Shown one piece after another: positions 49,506 through 61,837 of a DNA stretch of 64,000 bases. Origin of the DNA: Monocercomonoides exilis PA203 (lineage: Eukaryota > Protista > Preaxostyla); NCBI GenBank assembly GCA_001643675.2, contig LSRY02000008.1, positions 124,001 through 188,000 of the forward strand, written 5' to 3'. The translations under genes and the position numbers were made by a program. Positions within the stretch are counted from its first letter, which is position 1. Each line of letters begins with the position of its first letter. The notes beneath the pieces are model-generated. The model was given only the letters and a program-made list of their open reading frames with translations. It was not told where the DNA came from and searched no databases.

Positions 49506-52436
49506 GAAGGAAATAATGAAGATTTATTATTTGAAGCGAGATCCATTGCCATCACGAATGAAACAATGCATTTCAGCTGAAGACGAATGCGAGATGATGA
49601 GCGTTGAAATAGAGGCACCAGAAATGGATGAAGACTGATAATTCCGCAAGAGTGATTGAATCATTTGCATTGAAGATATTATTTCTGAAGCATTAAACAA
49701 ACGAACCAACAAATTTGCATGTGTGTAAATAAAGGCTGTTTAGCAACATTTCTAAATTCATGATTTTTCTTTTTTTCTTTCTTTGAAGGCACTTTTTCTG
49801 TTTCAACAAATACTTGGACATGCTTCAAAGATATCTCATTTTGATCTCTTTTCGATTTGCTTTCGATTGTTTTTTCATTTCAGCAGAACAATTGAAGCTG
49901 TTCACTTCAAAATTTTTATTTTTGTTAATTTTTCAAAATATATCTTTTCAATTTTTATTTGATTTTGTAAATAATGAAAGACAAGCTCAATGTAAATCAT
50001 CTTATTTTCTTTCTTTCTTTTCTTCTTCTTCTTTCTTTCTCTCATTTTTTCAATTTGCAAATGTGACTGAAAACACACCTTGGCATTTTGAAAATGAAAT
50101 GAGCATTTCTGTGATTTGGAGTTGAGAGAACTGTTGTTTTTGGTTGTTGTGCTTTGACGATTTTGTTGCAGCCATTTTGATCAGATTCAACAATTGCGAT
50201 TCAGTTAATAATTGGCTCATATTTGTTCATTTTTGGGAATTGAGAGTGTTTTGTTGCTGTCTTGAAAAAAAAAACAGAATATTCACAAAGACAACATGAA
50301 CTTTGACATTCAGATGTTTCATTTGAAATCACACGAAGTGACGATTTTGAGAAAGACACAACAAATATCTGTCAGTGTCGCATTAATGATTTAGAAAAAA
50401 AAAGCTTCGAAGAAATAACATTTTTATATCGCATTAACAAATCACATTACACAACAACATGTGTGGAAAAAATAAAATTGATTATGAAAAAGGGAAATCC
50501 TTTTGTGAAATAGACTCCATTGGCGTTGTTGAAAACTCATTTATTGAAGTGTGAGAAATTCTCTTCAAACATATCTGAATGACAAAAATCAGAGTTCCGA
50601 TTGAATACTGTCTCTTTCGAATTGTGGAAGAAGGCAAGCTGAAGAACAGATGAAAACCTCGAGGAGAGAGCGTGAATGATTCAATGAAGAAGACTCATGA
50701 ACTGTTTGTGATGGTCACAATGGAAATGCAATTGAAGAAAGGAGAAAAATAAATGGATCGAACACAATCATCTGAACATCTTTTCTGCTGAACAATGTTC
50801 AGCTGGATGCATTTTTAGCAAAATGTTCAGACATGATTCTTTCAATGAGAATTGGAAAAGATTTTCTTTTCCATTCTCTTCAACAACAGAAACAGAATCC
50901 ACATTTGTCATGCAGGAGAATTTATATCCAACCACTTCATTCGTGTTGAATCTGATTATACCAATGAAAAGAATGTGAATTTGAGGGGTTCGCTGTTTTT
51001 GTTGTTGGGTGGAAGAAAAGAGATGAATGAGACGAAAACAGCTGTTCAATTCCCACTTGTGGTGGGAAATAATATCTTCCATTCATTTCACGAAGACAAA
51101 GAATAATCTTCAATGACTCATCAATATTCTCACATTTCATAATTCTCTGAGCATGCGATGTATTCATCCATCTCTTCATCAACAGCCATTCCATCCATGA
51201 GTGATCGTGAGGAGGAGGAGGACGAAATCCTCCTGCCTTCATCAGTCTTTGAAGTGGAAGATATCAGAGCTGGTGATGGGAATGAAGATGTGAAAAGCAA
51301 AGGAGGATGTGATATACTCAATCTGGACAATCCTTTCAGAGCATTTGATGCTTCTTGTTCACTTTTGTGGGAGAAATGTTGGCAGATACGCTCCATCTTT
51401 TATTTGTGTCTGTTCTGTTGTTGACTTTGATGCTCAATCTGGTTATCGAATTAATAAACAAGAAAGATGTTAAATTATCGTCTGCACAACTAATTCAACC
51501 AATTCCTTCTTTTCTCTTTCATGTTCCTCTTTCTCTTTGCCATGTTTCTTCTTCTTTCTTCTTTTGTCTTATTTTTCATCATTATCTCCTTCGCTTTTTT
51601 GGTTCTTCCACATATTCGTTAATTCATACATGAATTTCTTTGGTTGCATCTCTGCTGCAATCATCATCTCTCACAGTCCTGACTCCAGTTTCTTCCTCTC
51701 TTCATTCCTCTGAGCAGGCTTCTCTTTCACTTTCATTTTCTACGGCTCATCACTCGTCATCGCAGATTCTATCCCTCATTCACTTCTTCTTCTTCTTCTT
51801 CATATCCTTCCTCTGTTTCCAACTTTAATCTCTTCAACTCTCTCTTCTTCGTGCTCAATACCATAACTTGCACTTCTTCTGTCAATTCTTCATGACTCAT
51901 TCCACTTCCATTGTGCGTGTCTGTCTTCAACTGAGTTGCAGAATTATTGAGAGAAAATAACTGAATAGAATAAGGGAATGTATTTCTTGATTTAATTATT
52001 TTTTTTGTGTCAATTGGAGAAGAAGATATTATTGAAATATCATTCGGGGAATCCGCTTCGGAGAAGAGAGAAAGATGGGTTTATTGATAATCTGGTTGGG
52101 AAGGAAAAGGAAATGATTCAACAATGGAAAAAAAGAAGAAAAAGAGAAAACAATGAATGGAGAAGGTGTGGGAGAACACATGAAGCTGAAAAAAATCAAA
52201 CAATAAATCCTCTTCTTTTCTTTCAAAAAGAATCTTTATTTCCTGTACCATCCCTCCTCACTTATCAACATTTCTATATCTACAATTGCATATTCACACA
52301 AAAATGTGCTTTCAGTCACTTTGCATTCATCTCTCCCCTTCTTATCTTTCACTTTCTCTCTGACTTCTCCAACGCTTTCCCCAAATGATTTGTCTTTGTC
52401 CAATCTCATGTTTCACAAACTTCCAATCAAAACATC

Positions 52437-52640
52437 TTCCTCACCTTCTTCATCTTCTTCATCTTCCTCCTCTTCCTCCTCTTCCTCCTCTTCCTCCTCT
52501 TCCTCCTCTTCCTCCTCTTCCTCCTCTTCCTCCTCTTCCTCCTCCTCCTTTTCTTCCTCCTCCTTTCCCTCTTCTAACTCTTCTCTCACTTATCCTTTTT
52601 CCACTTTCCTTTTTTCTTCTTCTTCTTCTTCTTCACCTTA
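52437..52640. repeat. (TCTTCCTCC)n pyrimidine tract
   Basis: Direct reading. Confidence 0.9.
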
Positions 52641-53297
52641 TCCTTATTCTTCTTTCATGCTAAAGATTCCATCATCTCTCTTCATTCATTCATCTATCTC
52701 CTCTCCTTCTTTTTCACCATCTGCCCCTGCCAAAACATATTCTGCAAGTGACACCTCCTTCTCCAAATGCTTTGTGAGCGAAAGAAAAGCTGAGATTAAG
52801 AAAAAGAAGGAATAAAAAATTACAGAGTATGAAGAACACCATTGGAACCAGAAATAAAGGAGATCTGGCGTCTCGCAACTTCAAGAAGCATTAAGATTCT
52901 TGTTTTTTTTTTCGAATTTTCTTAATAAAATGCATTAATATAACATTTTAACCTGTTATGTATGAATTTTTCGTTTTTGTCACACATCTTTTTTCAATTT
53001 AAACTAAAGGTTCTTTCCCAATAGGTGGATATAACCCTAAAAAAAAAAAAATATTAAATGAAAATCAAAATCAAAACAACAGTGAATTTATTATCTGTTC
53101 ATAAGTCACTTAACATATTACAAACGACCCTAATTATCATTTTGTTAAGAATTTTTTTGATGTATTTCAATTATGTGATCTTTATAATAAAAATATTTTA
53201 GGGTTTGAGTTAATGAAAGCGCAACTGAAGTGCGAGAATATTTGTTCATGTTTATATAAAACTGTTTCATAAAATTTATTGAAATCTTTAGAGTTTA

Positions 53298-53543
53298 TAT
53301 GGGTGATTCTTTTTGAAAAGTCACAAATGTTTAATTTTCAAATAAATCAAAAATTTCATATCTTGATCAAATTTCGGTTCCCGCTCATGTAACTTTACCA
53401 AAGTGGAAGATATAATTTGACAATGCTATTTTACACATTCCTGTGAAGTTGCACGAACAGGAACAGAAATTTGATCAAGATGTGAAATTTTTGATTTATT
53501 TGAAAATTTAACATTTGTGACTTTTCAAAAAGAATCACCCATA
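53298..53543. mobile_element. MITE with ~80 bp TIRs, TA-flanked
   Basis: tatgggtgattctttttgaaaagtcacaaatg...cttgatcaaatttc mirrored at ~53466-53543. Confidence 0.88.
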
Positions 53544-53758
53544 TATTGAAAATTATAACCTAAAAATAAGTATTTTGGGTTATGTTCACCAATCAAAAAC
53601 ACACAAAACGAGTATCAAAAAATTTCACTAAATAATAACGGCGGAAGTCACATTTGATGATTCTGTTAATATTCAGTACGAAACATCTTGCGGAAAGTGA
53701 TGTGCGTGAAAAAAGATCAAAAAATTTTTTCGTAAAAAAATTCATATGAAAATGTTAT

Positions 53759-54930
53759 TTATGGTTCAAATTCCGAAGAATCTTCTCCTGTTCCAGCTCC
53801 AAATGGATCTGAATCCTCGCTTTCTGATTTTAAAAGTTGTTCTTCAGTATCTTCTTCATCTCTTATTCCCAAAATATCATTTATATCAGGAATTTCTTCG
53901 TTTTCATCAACTTCATCATCATCAATTTCCAATTCAAATTCATCTTCAGATTGAAAATTGATAACTTTTTCTATTAATTCTCCGTAGGAAAGAAAACCTG
54001 ATCTTTTTTCAATGAACGTTGCAAGCACTCCAGGAATAAACCGCTCTCTCACTCCATATCTTGGAAAAAAAGATCGCAAATGTGCCCACATTCCTTCGAT
54101 AGTGTTCGTATTGGCTTTTGAAACGGGATCAACGTAATGACGTTTGTGGCAGACAGTTTGGTGGGTGTAACCAATTTCTCCTAAGCAAGTGTATGCTTTC
54201 CACTCGTCGCTGATTATTGTTGTTCCTTCTTTGATTCTATTTTTAATTATAGGAATTAATGTCTCTTTTTTTCGATTAGGCACAATGACCACAAATTTTT
54301 TTCCTTATTCTTCTTCGCCTTTTCGTTCGACAGCTCCAAATATCAACATTTATTATGTTTGCATTCCTTAGTCAATGTATTTTTTCTTCAAGATGAATAA
54401 ATAATTGTTAATGACCATAAATCTAATTTTTGAAATCAAAAACTTTTCAGTCTTTCCGTCTCCTCCATGCGGCTTCATCAATTTCTTCTATTTTGCCTGC
54501 CCCTCCAATTTTTTCATTTCTGTTATTTAAGAAATTTAACGCTGTCGACCTTGCAACACTTGTCCAGGGCCCAATCGTCATTTGAGACATATTTAACAAC
54601 ATGCCAATTTGCCAATCTTTAATTTCAAGCCAAGACATCAAAAGAATCATCATCACAGTGGAAATAGGCAATTTTGAAGATTCCAAAGTTGTATCATTGA
54701 TGCAGGAAACACTTTTCTTGCACTTTGGACACTTCAAGAATCTTGAATGTCCCCTTCCTTTATAGACATATTTGACTTTTTCACAGTTTTGGCATACTGC
54801 AAATATCTTAGGGAAATATTGTTGTATCCATTTCCAACATGATTCTTATGATTAAAATGTCTCATACAGTGCATGACATTCCTTTTTGAATGGTTTTTCC
54901 AAGACATCGAATTTTTGATCCACAAAAATT
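53759..54930 (-). pseudogene. Merlin (IS1595-like) transposase pseudogene, left copy
   Basis: Mirror of the right copy at 55880-57051. Confidence 0.92.
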
Positions 54931-55879
54931 TTTGATCAAACCCATTTTTTATGAGATTTTAAGAAAAATTATATTTTTAATTTTGTCCAGAGGATGCAAA
55001 GAACAGACAAAGAACATAATATTCTTTATCTTAATAAGCAATGGATTGTGTAAATAATTGAAAGAATCAAAAATATTTGGTATGCTCATTCTATGCTTTT
55101 GCTAAAATTTTTAATAATAAATGAAATAAATACCAATGAAATAAAAAATAAAATGTGAAAAAAAATTAAAAAAATTGATTAGATTCATATTTCTATTAAA
55201 AAAACATATTTGAATAATAATATTTGATTGATTAAAAAACAACTTGAAAATTTCTGAAATCAATTCTCGAGATATATAAATATTTTCGGTTTTTAATGAA
55301 TTTCGAAATTGAAGTATTCATTTTCGAAATTGAATTATTCTTTTGCGAAATCGAATTAATACACCAAAAACAATTCGAATTCGAAAAAGAATAATTCGAT
55401 TTCGGAATTAATAATTCAAAATCGAAAAAGAATAATTCGAATTCGGAAATTAATAATTCGATTTCGCAAAAGAATAATTCAATTTCGAAAATGAATACTT
55501 CAATTTCGAAATTCATTAAAAACCGAAAATATTTATATATCTCGAGAATTGATTTCAGAAATTTTCAAGTTGTTTTTTAATCAATCAAATATTATTATTC
55601 AAATATGTTTTTTTAATAGAAATATGAATCTAATCAATTTTTTTAATTTTTTTTCACATTTTATTTTTTATTTCATTGGTATTTATTTCATTTATTATTA
55701 AAAATTTTAGCAAAAGCATAGAATGAGCATACCAAATATTTTTGATTCTTTCAATTATTTACACAATCCATTGCTTATTAAGATAAAGAATATTATGTTC
55801 TTTGTCTGTTCTTTGCATCCTCTGGACAAAATTAAAAATATAATTTTTCTTAAAATCTCATAAAAATGGTTTGATCAAA

Positions 55880-57051
55880 AATTTTTGTGGATCAAAAATT
55901 CGATGTCTTGGAAAAACCATTCAAAAAGGAATGTCATGCACTGTATGAGACATTTTAATCATAAGAATCATGTTGGAAATGGATACAACAATATTTCCCT
56001 AAGATATTTGCAGTATGCCAAAACTGTGAAAAAGTCAAATATGTCTATAAAGGAAGGGGACATTCAAGATTCTTGAAGTGTCCAAAGTGCAAGAAAAGTG
56101 TTTCCTGCATCAATGATACAACTTTGGAATCTTCAAAATTGCCTATTTCCACTGTGATGATGATTCTTTTGATGTCTTGGCTTGAAATTAAAGATTGGCA
56201 AATTGGCATGTTGTTAAATATGTCTCAAATGACGATTGGGCCCTGGACAAGTGTTGCAAGGTCGACAGCGTTAAATTTCTTAAATAACAGAAATGAAAAA
56301 ATTGGAGGGGCAGGCAAAATAGAAGAAATTGATGAAGCCGCATGGAGGAGACGGAAAGACTGAAAAGTTTTTGATTTCAAAAATTAGATTTATGGTCATT
56401 AACAATTATTTATTCATCTTGAAGAAAAAATACATTGACTAAGGAATGCAAACATAATAAATGTTGATATTTGGAGCTGTCGAACGAAAAGGCGAAGAAG
56501 AATAAGGAAAAAAATTTGTGGTCATTGTGCCTAATCGAAAAAAAGAGACATTAATTCCTATAATTAAAAATAGAATCAAAGAAGGAACAACAATAATCAG
56601 CGACGAGTGGAAAGCATACACTTGCTTAGGAGAAATTGGTTACACCCACCAAACTGTCTGCCACAAACGTCATTACGTTGATCCCGTTTCAAAAGCCAAT
56701 ACGAACACTATCGAAGGAATGTGGGCACATTTGCGATCTTTTTTTCCAAGATATGGAGTGAGAGAGCGGTTTATTCCTGGAGTGCTTGCAACGTTCATTG
56801 AAAAAAGATCAGGTTTTCTTTCCTACGGAGAATTAATAGAAAAAGTTATCAATTTTCAATCTGAAGATGAATTTGAATTGGAAATTGATGATGATGAAGT
56901 TGATGAAAACGAAGAAATTCCTGATATAAATGATATTTTGGGAATAAGAGATGAAGAAGATACTGAAGAACAACTTTTAAAATCAGAAAGCGAGGATTCA
57001 GATCCATTTGGAGCTGGAACAGGAGAAGATTCTTCGGAATTTGAACCATAA
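55880..57051 (+). pseudogene. Merlin (IS1595-like) transposase pseudogene, right copy; probable element end ...TTTTTGCC at 57218
   Basis: CQNC..CPKC, EEIDE..WRRRK, IFGAVER, VPNRKKETLIPII..I..GTTIISDEWKAY..H.TVCH...YVDP...ANTNTIEGMW; three in-frame TAA and ~100 bp of foreign sequence after RRK. Confidence 0.92.
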
Positions 57052-57283
57052 ATAACATTTTCATATGAATTTTTTTACGAAAAAATTTTTTGATCTTTTT
57101 TCACGCACATCACTTTCCGCAAGATGTTTCGTACTGAATATTAACAGAATCATCAAATGTGACTTCCGCCGTTATTATTTAGTGAAATTTTTTGATACTC
57201 GTTTTGTGTGTTTTTGCCTGATCTTGTTTAAAATGAAACTATTCCCCTCTCAACTTTATTCTGTGATGCTTGTAAAGCACATA

Positions 57284-57649
57284 CACCAAAAATTATTCAA
57301 AATGAGAATTTTTGCAATCGAATTAATAATTTTTGCGTTCGAAATGAAAATATCTTATGTTTTTATAAGAATAAAAATTATATGAAATTATAAAAATTTT
57401 TGTCAGAAAATTAAAAATTTCTAAAATTATTCTTCCGTGCACGAAAATAATGACAATACAAAATTATTTCCGATTCAAAAGCGAAAAACTGATTTTCACA
57501 AAATTTCGTGAGAGTGCGAATAAATTTTCGTTAGGTTTTCAACAATTATTAATTCGAATTCAAAAATTATTATTTCGTTTGAAAATTTTATTAATTTGCA
57601 AAATTTCCATTTTGAACGCAAAAGTTCTCATTTTGAATTATTTTTGGTG
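57284..57649. mobile_element. MITE with 32 bp CACC TIRs and TA duplication
   Basis: CACCAAAAATTATTCAAAATGAGAATTTTTGC vs CACCAAAAATAATTCAAAATGAGAACTTTTGC; TA at 57282-3 and 57650-1. Confidence 0.88.
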
Positions 57650-58204
57650 TAACATAAATAAAGCCAACATGCATCGTATCACATTATTTAAAATAACCCT
57701 ATTCATATCAAAAACACTCCAAAATTCAGCATTATGACACGACAAACCAAAAACCAAAATATTAGAAAAAAACAAAAGAAATATTATTTGTCTCAAATAC
57801 TTCAACATTCAAATAATTCACATCAAAAATGAAAGAAATCAATCAAATCTCTAAATTCCAGTCGAAAAATAAAATAAAATAAAATTAAAACAAGTTTGAA
57901 TTTTGAACATATAAAGTGTCAATAAAAACATGATTTTTCACAAAAATCAATTGAAATTTTAACTGAATAAAATCCGAACATTCATAAAAACAAAATAAAA
58001 AGATTTCCTGATTAATTGCTCGTTTCTCTAAAATTTGTGTTTTCATGTTCTTTATTTTTTGTCAAATTCTCCAGTTCCATCATCCACAGCAGCCACGTAA
58101 GCTTCATACGAATCACTAAATATCAAGAACTCTGCTTCTTTGTCTCTTTCTGATACAGCCTGATTTGATATCATCATCTCCATTTCGATTGCGGCTTCTC
58201 TTTT

Positions 58205-59269
58205 TTATCTTCTTTTTTCTTCCTTTTTCTTTTGTTCTTCCTCCTCTTTGTCAATTTTTTCTTCCGCTTTTCGCTCTTTCCTTGATATCAGCCATCTCCA
58301 CTCCTTTTTCCTCCTCCAATCTAACACTCTCTGCTCCACACATGACCTTGCGATTCCTCTCAAAACTGTATCAAATGAATCTGATGTCAAATCTCTTTCT
58401 ATTTCCCAGTACTTTGGCCCCACATAGCAGCGTGCATAAACATTCACATACACATAAAACGCAATCAATAACACTCCAATAACAACCATCACTATTCCAT
58501 AACCAATCAAGCTCGTCACTCAAATGAAAGCACCCTCGATTCCAATAAGTATAATCCCAGTAACAATTGAATACTCCACAAATAAGTAATACGTTGCCTT
58601 ACAAATGCAAAATCGTTTGTTGCGCCCAAGCCTTTTTTTGTCCTTTTCCCACTCCTGCTTGAAAGCAGAAATAATAGCTTTTAGATCCTCGTCCAGGAAC
58701 CTGTCTCTCTGAAATGTGTAATTTTCGATGGCTTTCCTTGCAACTTCTCGTTGAACTGCTGTTGATCTCGAATGAGGGGTTTTACCGTTTCCATGCATTC
58801 CAACCACGGGGACCTTCTTCACAAGATCAGAAAAATACTTCCGAGACGGAACGCCAAATTCATCGATAATTGGTGCAACAAAGCACAGTTCCCACTTATT
58901 CTTTGGAGCCGTATCTCCCGAAACCGCAGTTGTTCCAGCACCAACGACAGCGGTAGCAGGGCGTGCATTGCCCACTTCTTCAAATGCAGGCATGGAATGA
59001 AGAGACGAATTATCGATTTCTGAGGTGGGCAAGCTTGACGGAGACTCATTGCTTTCCTGCTGGCTCTGCAAACGAGAAATAGTTTGCCAAAATGCGGCCT
59101 TTTCAGAAACACTTTGATTTCCTCCAAACTGTTCCAATTCAGATGGCAAAGGCAAACAAGGAGCCCATCTCGAAAACAGGCCCATGCATTTTGTTCGCTG
59201 GCTCTCGTTCAAATATTTTGCAAACTCACGAATTTGTTGTGGAACGTTTGCATATTCAACTTCTTCCAA
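58205..59269 (-). pseudogene. Hypothetical two-TM membrane protein with one in-frame TGA (58520-22)
   Basis: The 249 aa and 104 aa ORFs abut in frame: IVTGIILIGIEGAFI*VTSLIGYGIVMVVIGVLLIAFYVY. Confidence 0.6.
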
Positions 59270-59858
59270 TTCTTTTTCATTTTATGAATAAACTATGATC
59301 CGATTCAAATTACACAATATTTGATCAATATCCACTTTCAAATAATAATTTTAAATTAATGATTGTTATTGTGCAAGCAAAAAAAAATATCTGCCAGTTG
59401 AAATTATCAACGAACACGACAATTTCCGGTCACAAACTTAAATATCGAATTTTTGAAGAATCTTGAATTAAAAAAATATGCAAATCATTGTCTCTCTCAA
59501 AGAAATTATTTTGTTTGCACGTTTCACTTTTCATCGAACAGAAACGATTTTTTTCTGTGTTTTCTTTGATGTTAATATCAATTTATTAAATAGATGGCTT
59601 TCGAAATGACGAGATTTATTTGCTTCGTAAAATCCAATCACTTAAACGAATATGTACTCCATTCATAAGATTCATCATTCCTTTAAAATTAACAAAGATT
59701 TTTGGAATTTGAATTGTTATCTGGAGTAAAACCAAGAAAAGATAAGACAAAGAAAAATAATTAGAATTGAAAAAATATTGAAAAAAAATTATAACCAAAT
59801 TATCATGTTGAAAGCATTGCTGAAGCGACTGTTTTACAGAAAAAAGGAAATAATTCGG

Positions 59859-59896
<38 letters not shown>

Positions 59897-61837
59897 GATT
59901 TGAATAATAAAGTTCAGGATTATAAAAGTTAATGACTGTAGATCAGATTGATAAAACTATGAACTAAACATTCTTTGGTAAATGATGAAAAAGAACAGAT
60001 TAAAAAAAGAGGATTTCAGTTTTGTGATTCAGGATGAATGCATTTCTTCTGGATTATTCGATTTTTTTCATCAAAATATCAAAAAACATATTTCTTTTCG
60101 AGTGGGAAACATCAGATGGAATAAAATATCTTCACTGTTCCAAAATTTCATTCATTTTGATAATCAATCTGTTTGAATATATTTTCTCAATGCTTTTTTC
60201 TTGTAAGTGATCTATGAAGTGTTGTTGCGTATGAACAGAGTCGTATAAAAGATTTGGCTGAACTGCAAAAGTCGAGCAGCCTGCTTTTGAATTTTCTCGC
60301 CTGAGCCATTTTTTCAAATTAATAGAATCATAAAATTCGCTTCAAAATTCATTGTGCCTTAATGAGAAAGTGTGTATTGCCACATTAACGCATGCACATT
60401 ACCATTGCATTCGCAATGATTTTGATTGTTTTGTGTATATGAAGCGTTGAAGATGAGACGAAACAAAGTGCGGGTGAATATGCGATGGAAGATATATTCC
60501 AATCAATGCTATAACTCGAAGAAAAATTCATCGTTTTTGATTTTGATAATCCCTTTCTAATTGAAAATAAATGAAAATTTTAAAAGATAGAAAAAAAAAA
60601 AGAAAGTGATTGAATTGAAAAAAGAGAAAATTAAAAAGATACTACTTATAGCAGCTGCACAAACCTTGATCAAAATAAGTTTACTGCAAAAGAAGCAAAA
60701 ATATTTTATTGAATGCAACACGAGTTATCAAAAAATAATTGATTGCAGTTCTCGATTATTCAAACAGAATAAATATTCGCTACACCACGATTTTTTCTCA
60801 TTTTTGCAATAATAGCCTTTTGCAAAAAGTTATACACATTCTTTTCTGCTGGCTTAAGTTTAATATAACTTTTATTCTCTTTTTTTTCAATATGCACGCT
60901 TCATCAATTTGTAATTCTGCTTTTTGGAGAAGTAATAAGAAAAGCATAATAAACAATATATGTAGTGATTATTCACCCAATCATTCAATAAACAAAATCT
61001 ATTTTCGCCTGGATAATCCAAAAATATATACAAGCCCATTGTTTCCAACTTTCTGTTGATCTTGAAATTCCTATTGAAACTTGAACTTTTTAATTTTTAT
61101 TTGTTTCTGATGCTTGTGATTATTTTTCAAATAGTGAAAAAACCTTTTTGATGGTTATTTTAATTATAACTTTATTCAGATTTTTGATGAAAGATCCGCT
61201 CGACATTTATGAAACAATTTCAGAAATTTGATTTTCGGTTTGTATTTTTGTGAGGGAGAAATTTGTTTTTATGTGACAGACTTTGGCACAAGAACTGAGC
61301 ATCTAATATTTCTGACGCTCGGATCTCGACTTGAATCGGTCTAAGATTAAACTTTTTGTTATCCTGACAGAAAAACTGTTCTTGAAGTTTAAATCGGATT
61401 CAGCAAGTTCGATCAACAATTGAGGATTGTTTACACAATCAGGATACAGAAAATATGAATATTTATAAAAATTTTTTGATTTTTAATTTGTTAGATTTTT
61501 AAAACCAATAAGAAATTTTCTTTTATTCTTTTATGATTGATGTGTTTCTCCTTTTAAAAATTAGATATTGAATAGTGTTTTAAACATAAAAGATTTTTTA
61601 AAGAAATATGTTTTATTTTTATTTTGAGTTCAATCATATTTAAAAATAGAATATTATTATTCCAACTAAATTTTTTCACTTTTTTTTTTAACTGGAAAAT
61701 TAAGATTTGAATGTTGGAGATAAATATATTAAAAATTTTAAAGAAAAATTAATAATAACACAAAAAGAATAAATGGTACTGTGATCAATTGTAATTTTTC
61801 TTTTTAGTAAAATTATCTTTGATTGTGATTATTACAA

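Larger units (their letters stand above)
53594..57216. repeat. 3.6 kb inverted duplication: arms 53594-55358 and 55454-57216, ~95 bp spacer
   Basis: Mirror-image identical ORFs; the only differences seen are two homopolymer-length changes near 54940/55865. Confidence 0.96.

Noticed and set aside
59859-59895. A37 tract (and A37 at 45676-45712) as retroposon tails
   Set aside because: No target-site duplication or upstream retro-body was seen, and homopolymer lengths are unreliable in assemblies.
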